Assembly: GCA_963674965.2 (NCBI GenBank)
Contig: CAXXFL010000007.1
Location: 32,001-96,000, forward strand
Source: a bacterium
GTDB lineage: Bacteria > RBG-13-61-14 > DATKZS01
Direction of reading: 5' to 3'
Length of the DNA: 64,000 bases
In this document: in pieces, positions 29,447 to 51,581 of the stretch
Layout of the letters: every line of letters starts with the position of its first letter
Position numbering within the stretch: the first letter of the stretch is position 1
Translations under genes and position numbers: made by a program
Notes under the pieces: model-generated
What the model was told of the DNA's origin: nothing
Databases searched by the model: none
Seen by the model: the letters and a program-made list of their open reading frames with translations, nothing else

Positions 29447-30103
29447 TCAAAGCTTGACGGGAGGAGCGTTTCCGCCCTTCCACACCTCGTTCTTGAACAC
29501 CCATACCTTGACGCCGATGACGCCGTAGGTGGTCCTGGCCTGGGTGTACCCGTAGTCGATGTCGGCCCGGAGCGTGTGCAGGGGCACCCGGCCCTGGCGG
29601 TACCACTCGCTCCTGGCGATCTCCGCGCCGCCCAGCCTGCCGCCGCACTGGATTTTCACGCCCTGGGCCCCGAACTTGAGGGCCAGGCTGATGGCTTTCT
29701 TCATGGCCCTTCTGAAAAGGACCCGCCGCTCGATCTGGAGCGCCACGTTCTCGGCGATGAGCTGGGCGTCCGTCTCCATGGGCCTGACCTCATGGATGTT
29801 GATGAAGACCTCGGCCTCGGTGAAGCGCTGGAGCTCGTGCCGCAGCACGTCGACCTCCTGGCCCCGCTTGCCGATCACGATGGCCGGCTTGGCCGTGTGG
29901 ATGTTGACCCGGCACTTGTTGGTGCTGCGCTCGATGACGATGTCCGAGATACCCGCGTGATAGAGCTTCTTCTTGATGTACTCGCGGATTTTCAAGTCCT
30001 CGTGCAGGAGCTTGGAGTAGTTCTTCTTGTCGGCGTACCAACGCGAGTCCCAGGTCTTGATATAACCCAGTCTAAAGCCGATGGGATGAGTTTTCTGGCC
30101 CAA
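29447..30103 (-). CDS. rpsC: 30S ribosomal protein S3
   Basis: [24 protein letters not shown]. Confidence 0.98.
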   Translation of the reverse strand: MGQKTHPIGFRLGYIKTWDSRWYADKKNYSKLLHEDLKIREYIKKKLYHAGISDIVIERSTNKCRVNIHTAKPAIVIGKRGQEVDVLRHELQRFTEAEVFINIHEVRPMETDAQLIAENVALQIERRVLFRRAMKKAISLALKFGAQGVKIQCGGRLGGAEIARSEWYRQGRVPLHTLRADIDYGYTQARTTYGVIGVKVWVFKNEVWKGGNAPPVKL

Positions 30104-30116
30104 GACGTCCTCCCTT

Positions 30117-30455
30117 TTATTCCCTTTCAGCGACCACTATCGTAATCTTGCTGGTTCTTTTTCTGATGGGCGTGGCCCTGCCCATGGCCCGCGGCATCCA
30201 CCGCTTCATGGTCGGGCCCTCGTCCACGAAAACGTTCTTGACCACCAGGGCGTCGGCGTCAAGCCCGTGATTTTCCTCCGCGTTGGCCACGGCCGAGCTG
30301 AGAAGCTTCCTGAGCGGACGGCTCGCCCCTCTCGGGTTGTGAGCCAGCGAGGCCAGGGCCTCCTCGACCTTCCTGCCCTTGATGGTTTCGGCGACCAACC
30401 TTACCTTGAACGGGCTCATTCGAAGGTAATTAAGCTTAGCGACGGCATCGGTCAT
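30117..30455 (-). CDS. rplV: 50S ribosomal protein L22
   Basis: SAVANA; VDEGP; PRAMGRA. Confidence 0.97.
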   Translation of the reverse strand: MTDAVAKLNYLRMSPFKVRLVAETIKGRKVEEALASLAHNPRGASRPLRKLLSSAVANAEENHGLDADALVVKNVFVDEGPTMKRWMPRAMGRATPIRKRTSKITIVVAERE

Positions 30456-30496
30456 TTATTTTTCCTCCCGTTCTCAAATATCTTCCCAAGAACGGC

Positions 30497-30778
30497 TTAC
30501 TTCTTGAGCTTGGACTTGCGGTCCCCCGCGTGCCCGAAGAAGCTCCTGGTGGGAGAAAACTCCCCCATCTTGTGCCCCACCATGTTCTCGGTGATCAGCA
30601 CGGGTATAAACTTCTTTCCGTTGTGGATCGTAAAGGTCAGCCCGATCATGTCCGGCGTGACGGTGCTGCGCCTGCTCCAGGTCTGGATGGGGCGCTTGCT
30701 TCCGGTATCCTTGGCCTTCTGGACCTTCCTTTGCAGGTGGTCGTCCACGTAAGGGCCTTTTTTAAGGGACCGCGCCAT
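30497..30778 (-). CDS. rpsS: 30S ribosomal protein S19
   Basis: [22 protein letters not shown]. Confidence 0.98.
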   Translation of the reverse strand: MARSLKKGPYVDDHLQRKVQKAKDTGSKRPIQTWSRRSTVTPDMIGLTFTIHNGKKFIPVLITENMVGHKMGEFSPTRSFFGHAGDRKSKLKK

Positions 30779-30790
30779 TATTATCCTCCG

Positions 30791-31615
30791 TTACTTCTTT
30801 TTCCTGCCATGCATAATGTATTTGTCGGTTCTCGGGTTCTTCCTGGTTTTCTTGCCCTTGGTTATTTTGCCCCACGGGGTCTGGGGGTGGTTTCCCTTGT
30901 TCCTGCCCTCGCCCCCGCCGTGGGGATGGTCGACCGGGTTCATGGCCACGCCGCGCACGATCGGCCTTCTGCCCAGCCAGCGCTTCCTGCCGGCCTTGCC
31001 GATGCTGATGTTGCCGTGGTCCGGGTTCGAGACCTGGCCCACCGTGGCCCAGCAGTCCTGGAGCACCAGGCGCTGCTCGCCGCTGGGCATCCGGATCAGG
31101 GCGTACTTTCCCTCCTTGGCCATGAGCTGGCCGAAGGTCCCGGCGCTCCTTATAAGCTGCCCGCCCTTGCCGATCTTGTGCTCGAGGTTGTGAAGGATCG
31201 TGCCCAGGGGCATGTTCCGGAGGGGAATATGGTTGCCGGGCTTGATGTCCACGTTCTCGCCCGCCACGACCTTGTCCCCCACGCCCAGGCGCTGGGGCGC
31301 CAGGATGTATCTCTTCTCCCCGTCCGCGTAATGAAGCAGGGCGATCCAGGCGCTGCGGTTCGGGTCGTACTCGACGCTGGCCACCTTGGCCGGAATCTCG
31401 AGCTTGTCGCGCTTGAAGTCGATCACGCGGTAGCGCCTCTTATGCCCCCCCCCGCGGTGCCAGACGGTGACGCGGCCGGTGTTGTTCCTGCCCCCGCTCT
31501 TCTTGAGCGAGCGTATGAGGGTCTTCTCCGGTTCCTTGGCGCCTTCCTTGTTAAAGACCGTCTGGGTCATGAACCTGCGGCCCGGCGAAGTCGGTTTGTA
31601 TTTCTTAATAGCCAA
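30791..31615 (-). CDS. rplB: 50S ribosomal protein L2
   Basis: [25 protein letters not shown]. Confidence 0.98.
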   Translation of the reverse strand: MAIKKYKPTSPGRRFMTQTVFNKEGAKEPEKTLIRSLKKSGGRNNTGRVTVWHRGGGHKRRYRVIDFKRDKLEIPAKVASVEYDPNRSAWIALLHYADGEKRYILAPQRLGVGDKVVAGENVDIKPGNHIPLRNMPLGTILHNLEHKIGKGGQLIRSAGTFGQLMAKEGKYALIRMPSGEQRLVLQDCWATVGQVSNPDHGNISIGKAGRKRWLGRRPIVRGVAMNPVDHPHGGGEGRNKGNHPQTPWGKITKGKKTRKNPRTDKYIMHGRKKK

Positions 31616-31636
31616 GATATCTCTCCCCGAGTATTC

Positions 31637-31930
31637 TTACACGCTCTCGTAGAAGTCGATGCGGTCGCCTTCCTTAAGCGTCACGATCGCCTTCTTCCAG
31701 CTCTTCTTGTGCCCGAAAGTCATTCCCCGCCGCACGGGCTTGCCGCGCATGCGCATGGTGTTGACTCTCACCACCTGGACCTTGAATATGGACTCGACGG
31801 CCCGCTTGATCTGGTGCTTGCCCGCGCGGGGGTCGACCTCGAAGGCCACCTGGTTGTGGCCCTCCTCCTGGATGGTGCTCTTCTCCGTCACGATGGGCCT
31901 TTTGATGATATGGTAGTCCTGAAGCGTCAT
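31637..31930 (-). CDS. rplW: 50S ribosomal protein L23
   Basis: IIKRPIVTEKS; WKKAIVTL; ATGA overlap with rplD. Confidence 0.96.
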   Translation of the reverse strand: MTLQDYHIIKRPIVTEKSTIQEEGHNQVAFEVDPRAGKHQIKRAVESIFKVQVVRVNTMRMRGKPVRRGMTFGHKKSWKKAIVTLKEGDRIDFYESV

Positions 31931-32583
31931 GACAGGGCCTCCTGTATCGCCTGGGCGGCGGCCTTGGTAAGGATCAGCTTGTCGTGGAGAAGCACGTCGC
32001 GAACGTTGATTCCCACCGCCCTGATGGCCTTGATCCGGGGAAGGTTCCTGGCCGAAAGCTCGACGTTTTTGTCGGCCTCCGCGATAACCACCAGGGCGTT
32101 CTCCCCGATGCCCGCGTCGCCCAGCCAATCCAGCAACTCGGCCGTCTTGATCCGCTCCAGGGTAAGCTCGCTGATAAGCGTCAGCTTCTCGTCCTTCCTC
32201 TTTTGAGTGAGCGCCGACTTGAGGGCGGCCTTTCTCACCTTTTTGGGAACGTTGATCGAGAAGTCCCTGGGATGGGGACCGAAGATGACGCCGCCGCCGC
32301 GCCAAATGGGAGACTTCCTCATGCCGGACCTGGCCCGGCCCGTGCCCTTCTGGCGCCAGGGCTTCTTCTTGGACCCGGCCACGTCGCCCCGCGTCTTCGA
32401 GCTGCCCGTGCCCGCCCGATGCTTGGCCTGCTGGTATTTCACGGCCTCCAGCATGAGATGGGGCTTGACTTCCACGTCGAACACGGACGGGTTAAGGTCG
32501 AATTGATCGACCACCTCCCCTTGCCGGTTCAGAACGTCAACCCTTATCGGCTCGCCCGAGCCGGAAGTTTTTTCTGTATCCAT
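31927..32583 (-). CDS. rplD: 50S ribosomal protein L4
   Basis: KPWRQKGTGRAR; WRGGGVIFGP; short N-terminal extension. Confidence 0.97.
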   Translation of the reverse strand: MDTEKTSGSGEPIRVDVLNRQGEVVDQFDLNPSVFDVEVKPHLMLEAVKYQQAKHRAGTGSSKTRGDVAGSKKKPWRQKGTGRARSGMRKSPIWRGGGVIFGPHPRDFSINVPKKVRKAALKSALTQKRKDEKLTLISELTLERIKTAELLDWLGDAGIGENALVVIAEADKNVELSARNLPRIKAIRAVGINVRDVLLHDKLILTKAAAQAIQEALS

Positions 32584-32633
32584 GACTTGCCGCCTTCCAA
32601 ATCCTCGTCGATATTAGCCTGGTCTAAAGCCGC

Positions 32634-32942
32634 CTAAAGCTTGATCTCGATGTCGATGCCCGCCGAGAGATCGAGCTTGCCAAGGGCGTCGACCGTCGCC
32701 TGGGTCGGCTCGAGAATATCGATCAGCCGCTTGTGAGTCCGAATCTCGAACTGCTCCCGGCTTTTCTTGTCGATATGCGGAGACCGAAGAACGCAAAACT
32801 TGTTAATCTCCGTCGGAAGCGGAATCGGACCGGCAACCCTGGCCCCCGTTCTTTTCGCGGTACCGACTATATCTCTCACTGACTGATCGAGAAGATTATG
32901 ATCGTAGGCCTTAAGCCGTATCCGGATCCTTTGAGTCGCCAT
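32634..32942 (-). CDS. rpsJ: 30S ribosomal protein S10
   Basis: [22 protein letters not shown]. Confidence 0.98.
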   Translation of the reverse strand: MATQRIRIRLKAYDHNLLDQSVRDIVGTAKRTGARVAGPIPLPTEINKFCVLRSPHIDKKSREQFEIRTHKRLIDILEPTQATVDALGKLDLSAGIDIEIKL

Positions 32943-33031
32943 CACAGCTCCTTCATTTCTAACGTCGCGACCGGCTTCATACTTCCGTCCGGGCGCATCA
33001 AATGTTTATCCATCCGTTATTATTGCCTAAA

Positions 33032-34237
<1,206 letters not shown>

Positions 34238-34315
34238 CCCTATTGTCCTCCTTCATTCGCGTACCCGGGCATCTTCCCGGAAATAATTAAATTCTTCTCG
34301 CTCAAAGAGCGTATA

Positions 34316-36397
34316 TCAATAACCTCTCACCTTAAGCAGTACTTCCTTGAGCAGGTTAGTCGGCACCACGTCATAGCTGTTGAACTGCATGGTATAAGTT
34401 GCCCTTCCCTGGGAGAGCGACCTCAGCGAGTTGACGTACCCGAAAAGCTCGGCGAGGGGGGCCCTGGCCGTGTACACCTGGGCGCCGGACCTGGACTCGT
34501 TTCCCTCGATGTTTCCTCTCCTGGCGTTCAGGTCCCTGAGCACGTCTCCCACGTAGTCCTCGGGGGCCACTATCTCGAGCTTCATGATGGGCTCGAGCAG
34601 CACGGGAGAGCATTTTTTCGCGGCTTCCTTGAAGGCCAGGGAGGCCGCGGCCCTGAAGGCGATCTCCGATGAGTCTTCCTCATGGTACTTGCCGTCGAGG
34701 AGCGAGGCTTTCACGTCCACCACCGGGAAGCCGGCGAGGGGACCCACTTCCATGGCGTCCTTTACGCCCTTCTCGACCGCGGGTATATACTGGGTGGGAA
34801 CGGTCCCTCCCTTAATCCTGTTCTCGAAGACAAACCCGGCCCCGCGCTCGAGGGGCTCGAAGCTCATGTTGACTATTCCGTACTGTCCGTGTCCGCCGGT
34901 CTGCTTGACGAATTTCCCCTCGACCTCGGCCGCGCCGAGGAAGGTTTCCTTGTAAGCCACCTGGGGTTTTCCCACGTTGGCCTGGACCTTGAACTCGCGG
35001 AGCAGCCTGTCCACGACTATCTCGAGATGGAGTTCGCCCATGCCCTCGATGATGGTCTGTCCCAATTCCTCGTCGTAGCGGGCCCTGAAGCTGGGGTCCT
35101 CGACCATGAGCTTTTGCAGGGACGCGGCCAGCTTGTCCTGGTCGGCCCTGGTCTTGGGCTCGATGGCCACGGAGATGACCGTCTCGGGAAACTCGATGGA
35201 CTCGAGAAGCACGGGCGCTCCCACCTTGGTCAAGGTGTCGCCCGTGCCCGTGAACTTGAGGCCCACCACGGCCACGATGTCGCCGGCGTAAACCTCGGGC
35301 ACGTCCTCTTCCTTGACGGCGTGCATTTTGAGGAGTCGGCCCACCCTCTCCTTTTTGTCCTTGGTCGAGTTGTAAATCGTTTCCCCCGCCTTGATATGGC
35401 CGGAGTAAACCCGGACGAAAGTCATGGCCCCCTTGTGAGGGTCGTTCATCATCTTGAAGGCCAGCGCGGTAAAGGGCTCGTCGTCGCTGGCTTTTCTTTT
35501 TATCTGTTCTCCGGTTTTGGGTTTGATGGCGGTAATGGGTGGAACGTCGATGGGGGCCGGGAGGTAATTGACGACGGCGTCGAGGAGCGGCTGTACGCCT
35601 TTATTCCGGAAGGCCGAGCCGCAAAGCACGGGAAAGAAGCTTAGCTCGAGCGTGGCTCTCCTTATGGCCTCCATAATCTGGGTCTCGGAGACTTGTTCTC
35701 CCTCCAGATATGAGTCCATGAAGGTCTCGTCGTTTTCGGCCAGTGTCTCGAGCATAATTTCCCGCCAATAAAGCGCCTCTTCTTTAAGTTCCTCCGGGAC
35801 CGGCGTTTCTCTGAAACGCGCTCCCAGCGTCTCGTCGTCCCAGGTTATGGCCACCATCCTTATAAGGTCTATGACTCCCTTGAAGTCGGCCTCGACTCCA
35901 ATGGGAATCTGTATGGGCAGCGGAGTCGCCTTCAATCTTTTCTGGACCATTTCGAGCACGTTGGGGAAGTTCGCCCCTACTCGGTCCATTTTATTCACGA
36001 AGGCTATCCTGGGGACCTTGTATTTATCCGCTTGTCTCCAAACCGTCTCGGACTGAGGCTCGACGCCTCCATACGCGTCAAAGACGGCGATGGCCCCATC
36101 CAGAACCCGAAGGGACCTTTCAACCTCCATCGTGAAATCCACGTGGCCGGGCGTATCTATTATATTGATCCGGTGATCACGCCAGAAACAGGTGGTGGCG
36201 GCGGCGGTTATGGTTATGCCCCGCTCCTGTTCCTGTTCCATCCAGTCGGTTACGGTATTTCCCTCGTCGACGTTTCCGATTCGATAGGTAACCCCGGTAT
36301 AGAAGAGCATCCGTTCGGTCGTAGTTGTCTTGCCGGCGTCAATGTGTGCCATGATGCCGATATTACGGATTCTGTGTAATGGTACAACCCTACCCAA
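34316..36397 (-). CDS. fusA: Elongation factor G
   Basis: [28 protein letters not shown]; str-operon position. Confidence 0.96.
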   Translation of the reverse strand: MGRVVPLHRIRNIGIMAHIDAGKTTTTERMLFYTGVTYRIGNVDEGNTVTDWMEQEQERGITITAAATTCFWRDHRINIIDTPGHVDFTMEVERSLRVLDGAIAVFDAYGGVEPQSETVWRQADKYKVPRIAFVNKMDRVGANFPNVLEMVQKRLKATPLPIQIPIGVEADFKGVIDLIRMVAITWDDETLGARFRETPVPEELKEEALYWREIMLETLAENDETFMDSYLEGEQVSETQIMEAIRRATLELSFFPVLCGSAFRNKGVQPLLDAVVNYLPAPIDVPPITAIKPKTGEQIKRKASDDEPFTALAFKMMNDPHKGAMTFVRVYSGHIKAGETIYNSTKDKKERVGRLLKMHAVKEEDVPEVYAGDIVAVVGLKFTGTGDTLTKVGAPVLLESIEFPETVISVAIEPKTRADQDKLAASLQKLMVEDPSFRARYDEELGQTIIEGMGELHLEIVVDRLLREFKVQANVGKPQVAYKETFLGAAEVEGKFVKQTGGHGQYGIVNMSFEPLERGAGFVFENRIKGGTVPTQYIPAVEKGVKDAMEVGPLAGFPVVDVKASLLDGKYHEEDSSEIAFRAAASLAFKEAAKKCSPVLLEPIMKLEIVAPEDYVGDVLRDLNARRGNIEGNESRSGAQVYTARAPLAELFGYVNSLRSLSQGRATYTMQFNSYDVVPTNLLKEVLLKVRGY

Positions 36398-36531
36398 GGG
36401 GCCCCTCTTTTATTCCTTGCCGCCGCGATGGACGTTCCGCCAATAGCAACGTTTGCCAGGATCATTTCCTTTCGATTCGAATGGCCTTGAAAACAAGGCC
36501 CGTCGTACAAAAAAATTGCCTTTTTATCCGC

Positions 36532-37005
36532 CTACCACCGGTAATGGGCGAAGGCCTTGTTGGCCTCGGCCATACGGTGGGTATCCTCTTTTTTCTTGAC
36601 CGCCGAGCCCCGGTTGTCGGACGCCTCGAGCAGTTCCATGGCCAGTTTTTCCCGCATGGTCCTCTCACTCCTCCTCTCGGAGGCGTACTTGATGAGCCAG
36701 CGGATGGCCAGGGTCTCCTGCCGGCGGGGACGAACCTCGATGGGCACCTGGTAGTTGGCGCCGCCCACGCGCCTGCTCTTGACCTCGAGCATGGGCTGGA
36801 CGTTCTTCAGGGCCTTCTTGAAGGTCTTGAGCGGATCGTCCTTGGTCTTCTGGGCGATCACGTCGAAAGCGCCGTATACTATCTGCTCGGCCAGGCTCTT
36901 TTTGCCGTCAAGCATGATGGCGTTCATGAACCTGGTCACCTGAGCGTCGTTATATACCGGATCGGGAATGAGTTCCCTTGTCTCAACTTCTCTTCTGCGC
37001 GGCAT
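36532..37005 (-). CDS. rpsG: 30S ribosomal protein S7
   Basis: [24 protein letters not shown]. Confidence 0.98.
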   Translation of the reverse strand: MPRRREVETRELIPDPVYNDAQVTRFMNAIMLDGKKSLAEQIVYGAFDVIAQKTKDDPLKTFKKALKNVQPMLEVKSRRVGGANYQVPIEVRPRRQETLAIRWLIKYASERRSERTMREKLAMELLEASDNRGSAVKKKEDTHRMAEANKAFAHYRW

Positions 37006-37102
37006 ATCATTAACCTTTTAACCGTTTCGTTTAACTGCCCTTCAAAAAATCGGCAAAAAAAAAGATCGAATCGCGAGCCTGAAATATCCGGCGATCCAAT
37101 CC

Positions 37103-37474
37103 TTACTTGGGCCTCTTGGCGCCGTACTTGGACCTGGCCTGCTTGCGGTTGGCCACGCCCTGGCTGTCCAGCGTGCCCCTGACGACGTGGTACCTGACGC
37201 CGGGAAGGTCCTTGACCCTGCCGCCCCGGATCAGCACCACCGAGTGCTCCTGAAGGCTGTGGCCCACGCCGGGGATATAGGTCGTGACCTCGATCCCGTT
37301 CGTCAGCCTCACCCTGGCCACCTTGCGCATGGCCGAGTTGGGTTTCTTGGGCGTAAAGGTCGTGACGCGCGTGCAGACGCCCCTTTTCTGGGGGCAGTTC
37401 TGAAGCGCGGGCGACTTGGTCTTCTTAACGACTTTTTTGCGTTCGTTCCTTATTAGCTGGTTAATCGTGGGCAT
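37103..37474 (-). CDS. rpsL: 30S ribosomal protein S12
   Basis: [26 protein letters not shown]. Confidence 0.98.
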   Translation of the reverse strand: MPTINQLIRNERKKVVKKTKSPALQNCPQKRGVCTRVTTFTPKKPNSAMRKVARVRLTNGIEVTTYIPGVGHSLQEHSVVLIRGGRVKDLPGVRYHVVRGTLDSQGVANRKQARSKYGAKRPK

Positions 37475-37514
37475 TTTACCTTCTCACCAAATAGTAATCT
37501 CCGTGAAGCTTATA

Positions 37515-37542
37515 ATTATATATAATTCTCCGGGAAAGTCAA
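37515..37542 (-). promoter_or_regulatory. sigma70 promoter of the str operon
   Basis: TTGACT-16 bp-TATAAT upstream of rpsL. Confidence 0.7.
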
Positions 37543-37600
37543 CCAATATTTAACCATTTTTTTACGGCCGCCGACCCCGTCGGCCGGCGGCGCCCGATTT

Positions 37601-41704
<4,104 letters not shown>

Positions 41705-41771
41705 CGCGACGCCCTCCTTCCGCGGGCGGACCGTGGTCCGTTTGCCCGCGCCGGTTCGATTATGACCGCGT

Positions 41772-45899
<4,128 letters not shown>

Positions 45900-46017
45900 T
45901 TCTCCTCTTTTTCAGAGACCAGTATGCAAATCTCCAAGTATCGACCACTATCGGTCCGCTCGATTGGAGCCCGGGACGCCGGTCGGGCGTCCCGGACGCG
46001 AAAAAGTCGCGAAAAGC

Positions 46018-46401
46018 CTACTTGATTTCCACTTTGGCGCCGGCGCCCTCGAGTTGCTTTTTGATCTCCTCGGCCTCTTCCTTGCTGACGCCTTCCTTAA
46101 CCGGAGATGGTACTTCCTCGACGACCGCCTTGGCTTCCTTGAGACCAAGCTGCGTGATGGCCCTGACTTCCTTGATCACGTTGATGCGCTTCTCGCCCGC
46201 GTCGAGCAGCATGACGGTAAACTCGGTCTGCTCTTCCTCGGGCTCGGCCGCCGCCGCCGCGGGCATGGCGCCCATGGCCATAACCGGCGCCGCCGCCGAC
46301 ACGTCGTAGCGCTCCTCGAACTCCTTTACGAACTCGGAGAGCTCGAGCAGGGTAAGCTTATCGAAAAATTCAAAAACCTGTTCCTTGGTGATATCCGACA
46401 T
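46018..46401 (-). CDS. rplL: 50S ribosomal protein L7/L12
   Basis: EEQTEF; LGLKEAK; GAKVEIK. Confidence 0.97.
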   Translation of the reverse strand: MSDITKEQVFEFFDKLTLLELSEFVKEFEERYDVSAAAPVMAMGAMPAAAAAEPEEEQTEFTVMLLDAGEKRINVIKEVRAITQLGLKEAKAVVEEVPSPVKEGVSKEEAEEIKKQLEGAGAKVEIK

Positions 46402-46478
46402 GGCAGTTTCCTCCGAAAATAATTAATTTTTCCCTGGGCCCCGGGCCCGTTTGGTTGACGAACAGACCTCGCGCCGCC

Positions 46479-47009
46479 CTAGGCGGCTTCCTTTTTTTCC
46501 TTCAGGGCCGCGATGACCCTGCCGAGCTTGTTGGGCCCGGCGGACAGGACCGCGTGCAGCTTCTGAGGTCCGGCGTAGAGAAGGCCGGCCATCTGGGCCA
46601 GGAGTTCCTCGCGGCTGGGCATGGTGGCCAGGACGTTTTTGACCTGGTCCGCCGTAAGGACCCTGCCGCTGATGGCTCCGCCCCTTATCTCGAGGTCCTG
46701 GTTGGTCTTGATTTTCGCGAACTCGACCAGGACTCGAGCCGACGCGCCCGGGTCTTCTCCATGCCAGGCCAGAGCGACCGGACCGGTCAGGAGCTCCTTG
46801 ACGGGCTCGAAGGGCGTTCCCTCGATGGCGATCTTCGTCAACGTGTTCTTGGCGACCCTCAAGCTGACGCCCGCTTCCCTGCACTTGGACCTAAGGGCCG
46901 TCATCTGCTCGACGGTAAGGCCCCGGTAGTCGGCAAGGACGATAGCGGGAGCGTTCTCAAGCTCGCCTTTTAACCAAGCGACGAATTCTTCCTTTTCCGA
47001 TTTCTTCAA
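46479..47009 (-). CDS. rplJ: 50S ribosomal protein L10
   Basis: DYRGLTV; VAKNTL; LTGP; MPSREEL. Confidence 0.97.
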   Translation of the reverse strand: MKKSEKEEFVAWLKGELENAPAIVLADYRGLTVEQMTALRSKCREAGVSLRVAKNTLTKIAIEGTPFEPVKELLTGPVALAWHGEDPGASARVLVEFAKIKTNQDLEIRGGAISGRVLTADQVKNVLATMPSREELLAQMAGLLYAGPQKLHAVLSAGPNKLGRVIAALKEKKEAA

Positions 47010-47039
47010 AGCTTCTTCCTACCTCCTTTCCCGCCTGGT

Positions 47040-47165
47040 TCCCCGTTCGATCGAGTCGAAGCCGGGAATAGGCGGGGCGGGAGAAGGCCCCAATAATGGC
47101 CTTATATCTGGCTTCGTCTCGGCGGGCGGCAAAAGCCATTATCCGGGGACCCGCGGTCTTTGACG
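47040..47165 (-). ncRNA. L10 leader (rplJ autoregulatory cis element), boundaries approximate
   Basis: AAGACCGCGGG...ATAA...CCCGCCGAGACG kink-turn-like pattern in rplA-rplJ spacer. Confidence 0.65.
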
Positions 47166-47286
47166 AATGTTTAAATATTCGAATAAATTAATAAAAGCTA
47201 CTATAAAACTCCCGTTCTCAAAAAAACTATAACAGTCCCGTCCCGCCTTCCCTTAAAAAGGCGGGAGGGAAAGTATCCGAAAAACT

Positions 47287-47991
47287 TTACTGTGCCAGCT
47301 CTTTTATCTCGGCCGCGTCGAGCCTGACGCCGGGACCCATGGTCGATGAAATACTGATCGACTTGATATAGGCCCCTTTAGCCGTGTCCGGTTTCGCTTT
47401 AAGTACCGCCTCGTACAGGGCCATAAAGTTGGCTTTCAGCTTATCTTTGCCAAAGCTGGCCTTGCCCAGCGGACAATGCACGTTGGCGCCCTTGTCCACC
47501 CTGTACTCGACGCGTCCCTGCTTGAGCTCGCCCACCGCCTTACCCACGTCCATGGTGACCGTGCCGAGCTTGGGATTGGGCATCATGCCCCGGGGGCCGA
47601 GTATCTTACCCAGCTTACTCACTTGCCCCATCATGTCGGGCGTGGCGATGGCCTTGTCGAAATCCAGCCATCCGCCCTGAATTTTTTCGATCATGTCCTC
47701 GGCGCCCACGAACTCGGCGCCGGCCTCCTGGGCCTCCTTTTCCTTATCGCCCTTGGCGAAGACCAGCACTCGAACGGACTTGCCCGTTCCGTGGGGAAGT
47801 CCCACCGTGCCCCTCACCATCTGGTCGCTCTTTCTGGGATCGACGCCCAGCCGCATGGCCACGTCGACGGTCTCGTCAAAGGAAGCGCCCTTCATGGAAA
47901 GGAGAAGGTCGAAACCCTCGTCTACTCCGTAGAGTTTGGCCCGGTCCACTTTGGACCGCAAGTCCTTTATCTTTTTACCTCTTTTTCTCAT
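47287..47991 (-). CDS. rplA: 50S ribosomal protein L1
   Basis: [28 protein letters not shown]. Confidence 0.97.
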   Translation of the reverse strand: MRKRGKKIKDLRSKVDRAKLYGVDEGFDLLLSMKGASFDETVDVAMRLGVDPRKSDQMVRGTVGLPHGTGKSVRVLVFAKGDKEKEAQEAGAEFVGAEDMIEKIQGGWLDFDKAIATPDMMGQVSKLGKILGPRGMMPNPKLGTVTMDVGKAVGELKQGRVEYRVDKGANVHCPLGKASFGKDKLKANFMALYEAVLKAKPDTAKGAYIKSISISSTMGPGVRLDAAEIKELAQ

Positions 47992-48025
47992 TTTACACCT
48001 CCATCTCCGCCCCGGAGATACACGG

Positions 48026-48451
48026 TCATTCCTCGATTTGGATTCCCATGTTCCGGGCCGTACCCGCGATGGTTTTATAAGCCGCGTCAAGGTCGTTGCA
48101 GTTAAGGTCCTTGAACTTGAGCTCGGCGATTTCCATTACCTGTTTTTTCGAGAGCTTGGCCACTTTCTCCCTCTTGGCGTCCGGGCTGCCCTTAGCCAGC
48201 TTGGCCGCCTTTTTAAGGAGCACCGACGCGGGAGGGGTCTTGATCTCGAAGCTGAAGCTTCTGTCGGCGTAAACCATTATCTCCACCGGCGTGGTAAGGC
48301 CGGGCTCGAGTTTGGCCGTCCTGGCGTTGAACTCCTTGACGAACCCGGCGATGTTGACCTGGTGCTGGCCAAGCGCCGGACCCACCGGCGGAGAGGGCGT
48401 GGCCTGTCCCGCCGGAATTTGCAGTTTAATTTTAGCGATTACCTTTTTCAT
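48026..48451 (-). CDS. rplK: 50S ribosomal protein L11
   Basis: [24 protein letters not shown]. Confidence 0.98.
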   Translation of the reverse strand: MKKVIAKIKLQIPAGQATPSPPVGPALGQHQVNIAGFVKEFNARTAKLEPGLTTPVEIMVYADRSFSFEIKTPPASVLLKKAAKLAKGSPDAKREKVAKLSKKQVMEIAELKFKDLNCNDLDAAYKTIAGTARNMGIQIEE

Positions 48452-48534
48452 TTGCTTCCTCTAAATCGTATCGGCTGACGCAAACGTTGTTCGGGGCCCT
48501 TCGCCGAGGTCTAGCGAAACCGTAATCGGCCCCT

Positions 48535-49074
48535 TTATCCTTTTTCTATCTGGACGAAATCGAGCTCGACCGGGGTCTGGCGTCCGAAGATGGACACCAG
48601 CACTTTGACCTTGCCCTTTTCCGGCTTGACCTCGTCCACTACTCCGTTAAAGCCCCGGAAGGGACCGTCAACCACCCTGACCACCTCGCCCCTTTCGTAC
48701 TTGTCCTTGGGCTTGGGACGCAGGGTGTCGTCGGTCATCATCTTGGTAAGGCGCTCGGCCTCCTCGTCGGGAACGGGAGGCGGGTTCCGGCCGCCGCCCA
48801 CGAACCCGGTTATCTTGGGAGTGTTCTTGACAAGATGAAAAGTCTCGTCGTTGAGGACCATCCTGACGAGCATGTATCCGGGAAAGAACTTTCTCTGGCT
48901 GACTTTTCGTTTTCCGCCCACCAACTCGACCACTTCCTCCGAGGGAATGAGCATCTCACCGAAGCGCTCTTCCAGTTTGTAGAGTTTGACCCTTTCCTCG
49001 AGCGCTTCCTTGGCCTTGTTTTCAAACCCGGAATAGGTGTGAACGACGTACCATTGCATTTCGTCTTGGCTCAT
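48535..49074 (-). CDS. nusG: Transcription termination/antitermination factor NusG
   Basis: WYVVHTYSGFE; FFPGY; SIFGRQTPVEL. Confidence 0.98.
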   Translation of the reverse strand: MSQDEMQWYVVHTYSGFENKAKEALEERVKLYKLEERFGEMLIPSEEVVELVGGKRKVSQRKFFPGYMLVRMVLNDETFHLVKNTPKITGFVGGGRNPPPVPDEEAERLTKMMTDDTLRPKPKDKYERGEVVRVVDGPFRGFNGVVDEVKPEKGKVKVLVSIFGRQTPVELDFVQIEKG

Positions 49075-49101
49075 CTATTTAATCTCCGTCCACTTTCCGG
49101 A

Positions 49102-49494
49102 CTAGAAAACAAGGGTCAACAACCCGTCATATATCTTGTCAAATACAAATAATATCAAAGAGATAACGAGAGTAACGCCGATAACCACCAGCGTCGTGCC
49201 CCTCACGTCAAGCCAGGAGGGCCAGGCGACTTTACGAAGCTCGGCCACCACCTCGCTTCCGAAGCGGTTGGTTTTTTCCTGCCGCTTTATATACTCCACC
49301 AAAAGCACAACCAGAACTATGGACAAAGTGGCAGACGCGGCCTGGACCCACATTTCCGGAAGATCGAGCTGGGTGAAGAATAGCGTCGTCACCACCTCGG
49401 CCATGGAGGTGAAAAAGCTGTAAATGATAAAAGCCACCACCAGCCCAAGGCCGTAAAGCCAATAGGTCAGCATCTTCTGGTTGTCTATCGCCAT
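49102..49494 (-). CDS. secE: Preprotein translocase subunit SecE (3-TM form)
   Basis: ELRKVAWP motif followed by TM helix; synteny. Confidence 0.93.
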   Translation of the reverse strand: MAIDNQKMLTYWLYGLGLVVAFIIYSFFTSMAEVVTTLFFTQLDLPEMWVQAASATLSIVLVVLLVEYIKRQEKTNRFGSEVVAELRKVAWPSWLDVRGTTLVVIGVTLVISLILFVFDKIYDGLLTLVF

Positions 49495-49527
49495 GACTTT
49501 ACTCTCCAAAGAGTGAACGCGATCAAG

Positions 49528-49603
49528 TGGCACGCCAGGAGGGACTCGAACCCCCAACGTCCGGTTTTGGAGACCGGTGCTCTACCAATTGAGCCACTGG
49601 CGC
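49528..49603 (-). tRNA. tRNA-Trp (CCA)
   Basis: 76-nt cloverleaf, anticodon loop CTCCAAA, encoded CCA end. Confidence 0.96.
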
Positions 49604-49630
49604 GCATTGTAAGCCCCGAAAATATTGGAC

Positions 49631-49792
49631 TCATTTAGTCTCTTTATGTTCCGTGTGCCTGCGGTCGTAGGGGCAATATTTCTTAAGCACCATCTTGTCG
49701 GGAGTGTTCTTTTTATTCTTCATGGTCGTGTAATTTCGTCTCTTACACTCCTGACAAGCCAGAGTTACTATTATTCTCGCTTCTTTAGCCAT
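49631..49792 (-). CDS. rpmG: 50S ribosomal protein L33 (53 aa, below ORF-track cutoff)
   Basis: Hand translation [53 protein letters not shown]. Confidence 0.96.
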   Translation of the reverse strand: MAKEARIIVTLACQECKRRNYTTMKNKKNTPDKMVLKKYCPYDRRHTEHKETK

Positions 49793-49839
49793 CTTTCAAA
49801 TCTTTCCCCGGCGCGTTTTGTCCCGGGCGAACGCTCCTT

Positions 49840-51045
<1,206 letters not shown>

Positions 51046-51146
51046 TTCAAATCTCCTCCGTCTGACGTTTTTACGAACCCAACAAACGTTAAAGGGCCGT
51101 GTGGGCCCGCGCTTAAAGGATTCGAGACCGGATTCTTTTCATTTTA

Positions 51147-51222
<76 letters not shown>

Positions 51223-51265
51223 CTTAAACCAAAAACAATATTGCAACCTCTCGCGAGGTTTTTTT

Positions 51266-51343
<78 letters not shown>

Positions 51344-51392
51344 TTATCTTAAGGCGGAGCCGAAACTACGGAGCGTTTCCGCCTGGACCGCA

Positions 51393-51476
51393 TGGTGGAG
51401 GGAGGTGGATTCGAACCACCGTAGCCGAAGCAACGGGTTTACAGCCCGTCCCCTTTAGCCGCTCGGGCATCCCTCC
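51393..51476 (-). tRNA. tRNA-Tyr (GTA)
   Basis: 84 nt, long variable arm, loop CTGTAAA, CCA end. Confidence 0.96.
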
Positions 51477-51491
51477 TTATAATAACGCTAA

Positions 51492-51567
51492 TGGAGCTGG
51501 CGATGGGACTCGAACCCGCAACCTGCTGATTACAAATCAGCTGCTCTACCGATTGAGCTACGCCAGC
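51492..51567 (-). tRNA. tRNA-Thr (TGT)
   Basis: 76 nt, loop TTTGTAA, CCA end. Confidence 0.96.
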
Positions 51568-51581
51568 CTCCAAAGACTCAA

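Noticed and set aside
45971-45995. Perfect 10-bp hairpin between rplL and rpoB
   Set aside because: No adjacent U-tract; structure in this spacer is common, so not called a terminator or a novelty.
49102-49557. ORF-track N-terminal extensions (secE into tRNA-Trp; also rplA, rplW, rpmC, AlkP, lipoprotein)
   Set aside because: Longest-ORF artefacts; homology and SD positions support the downstream starts.
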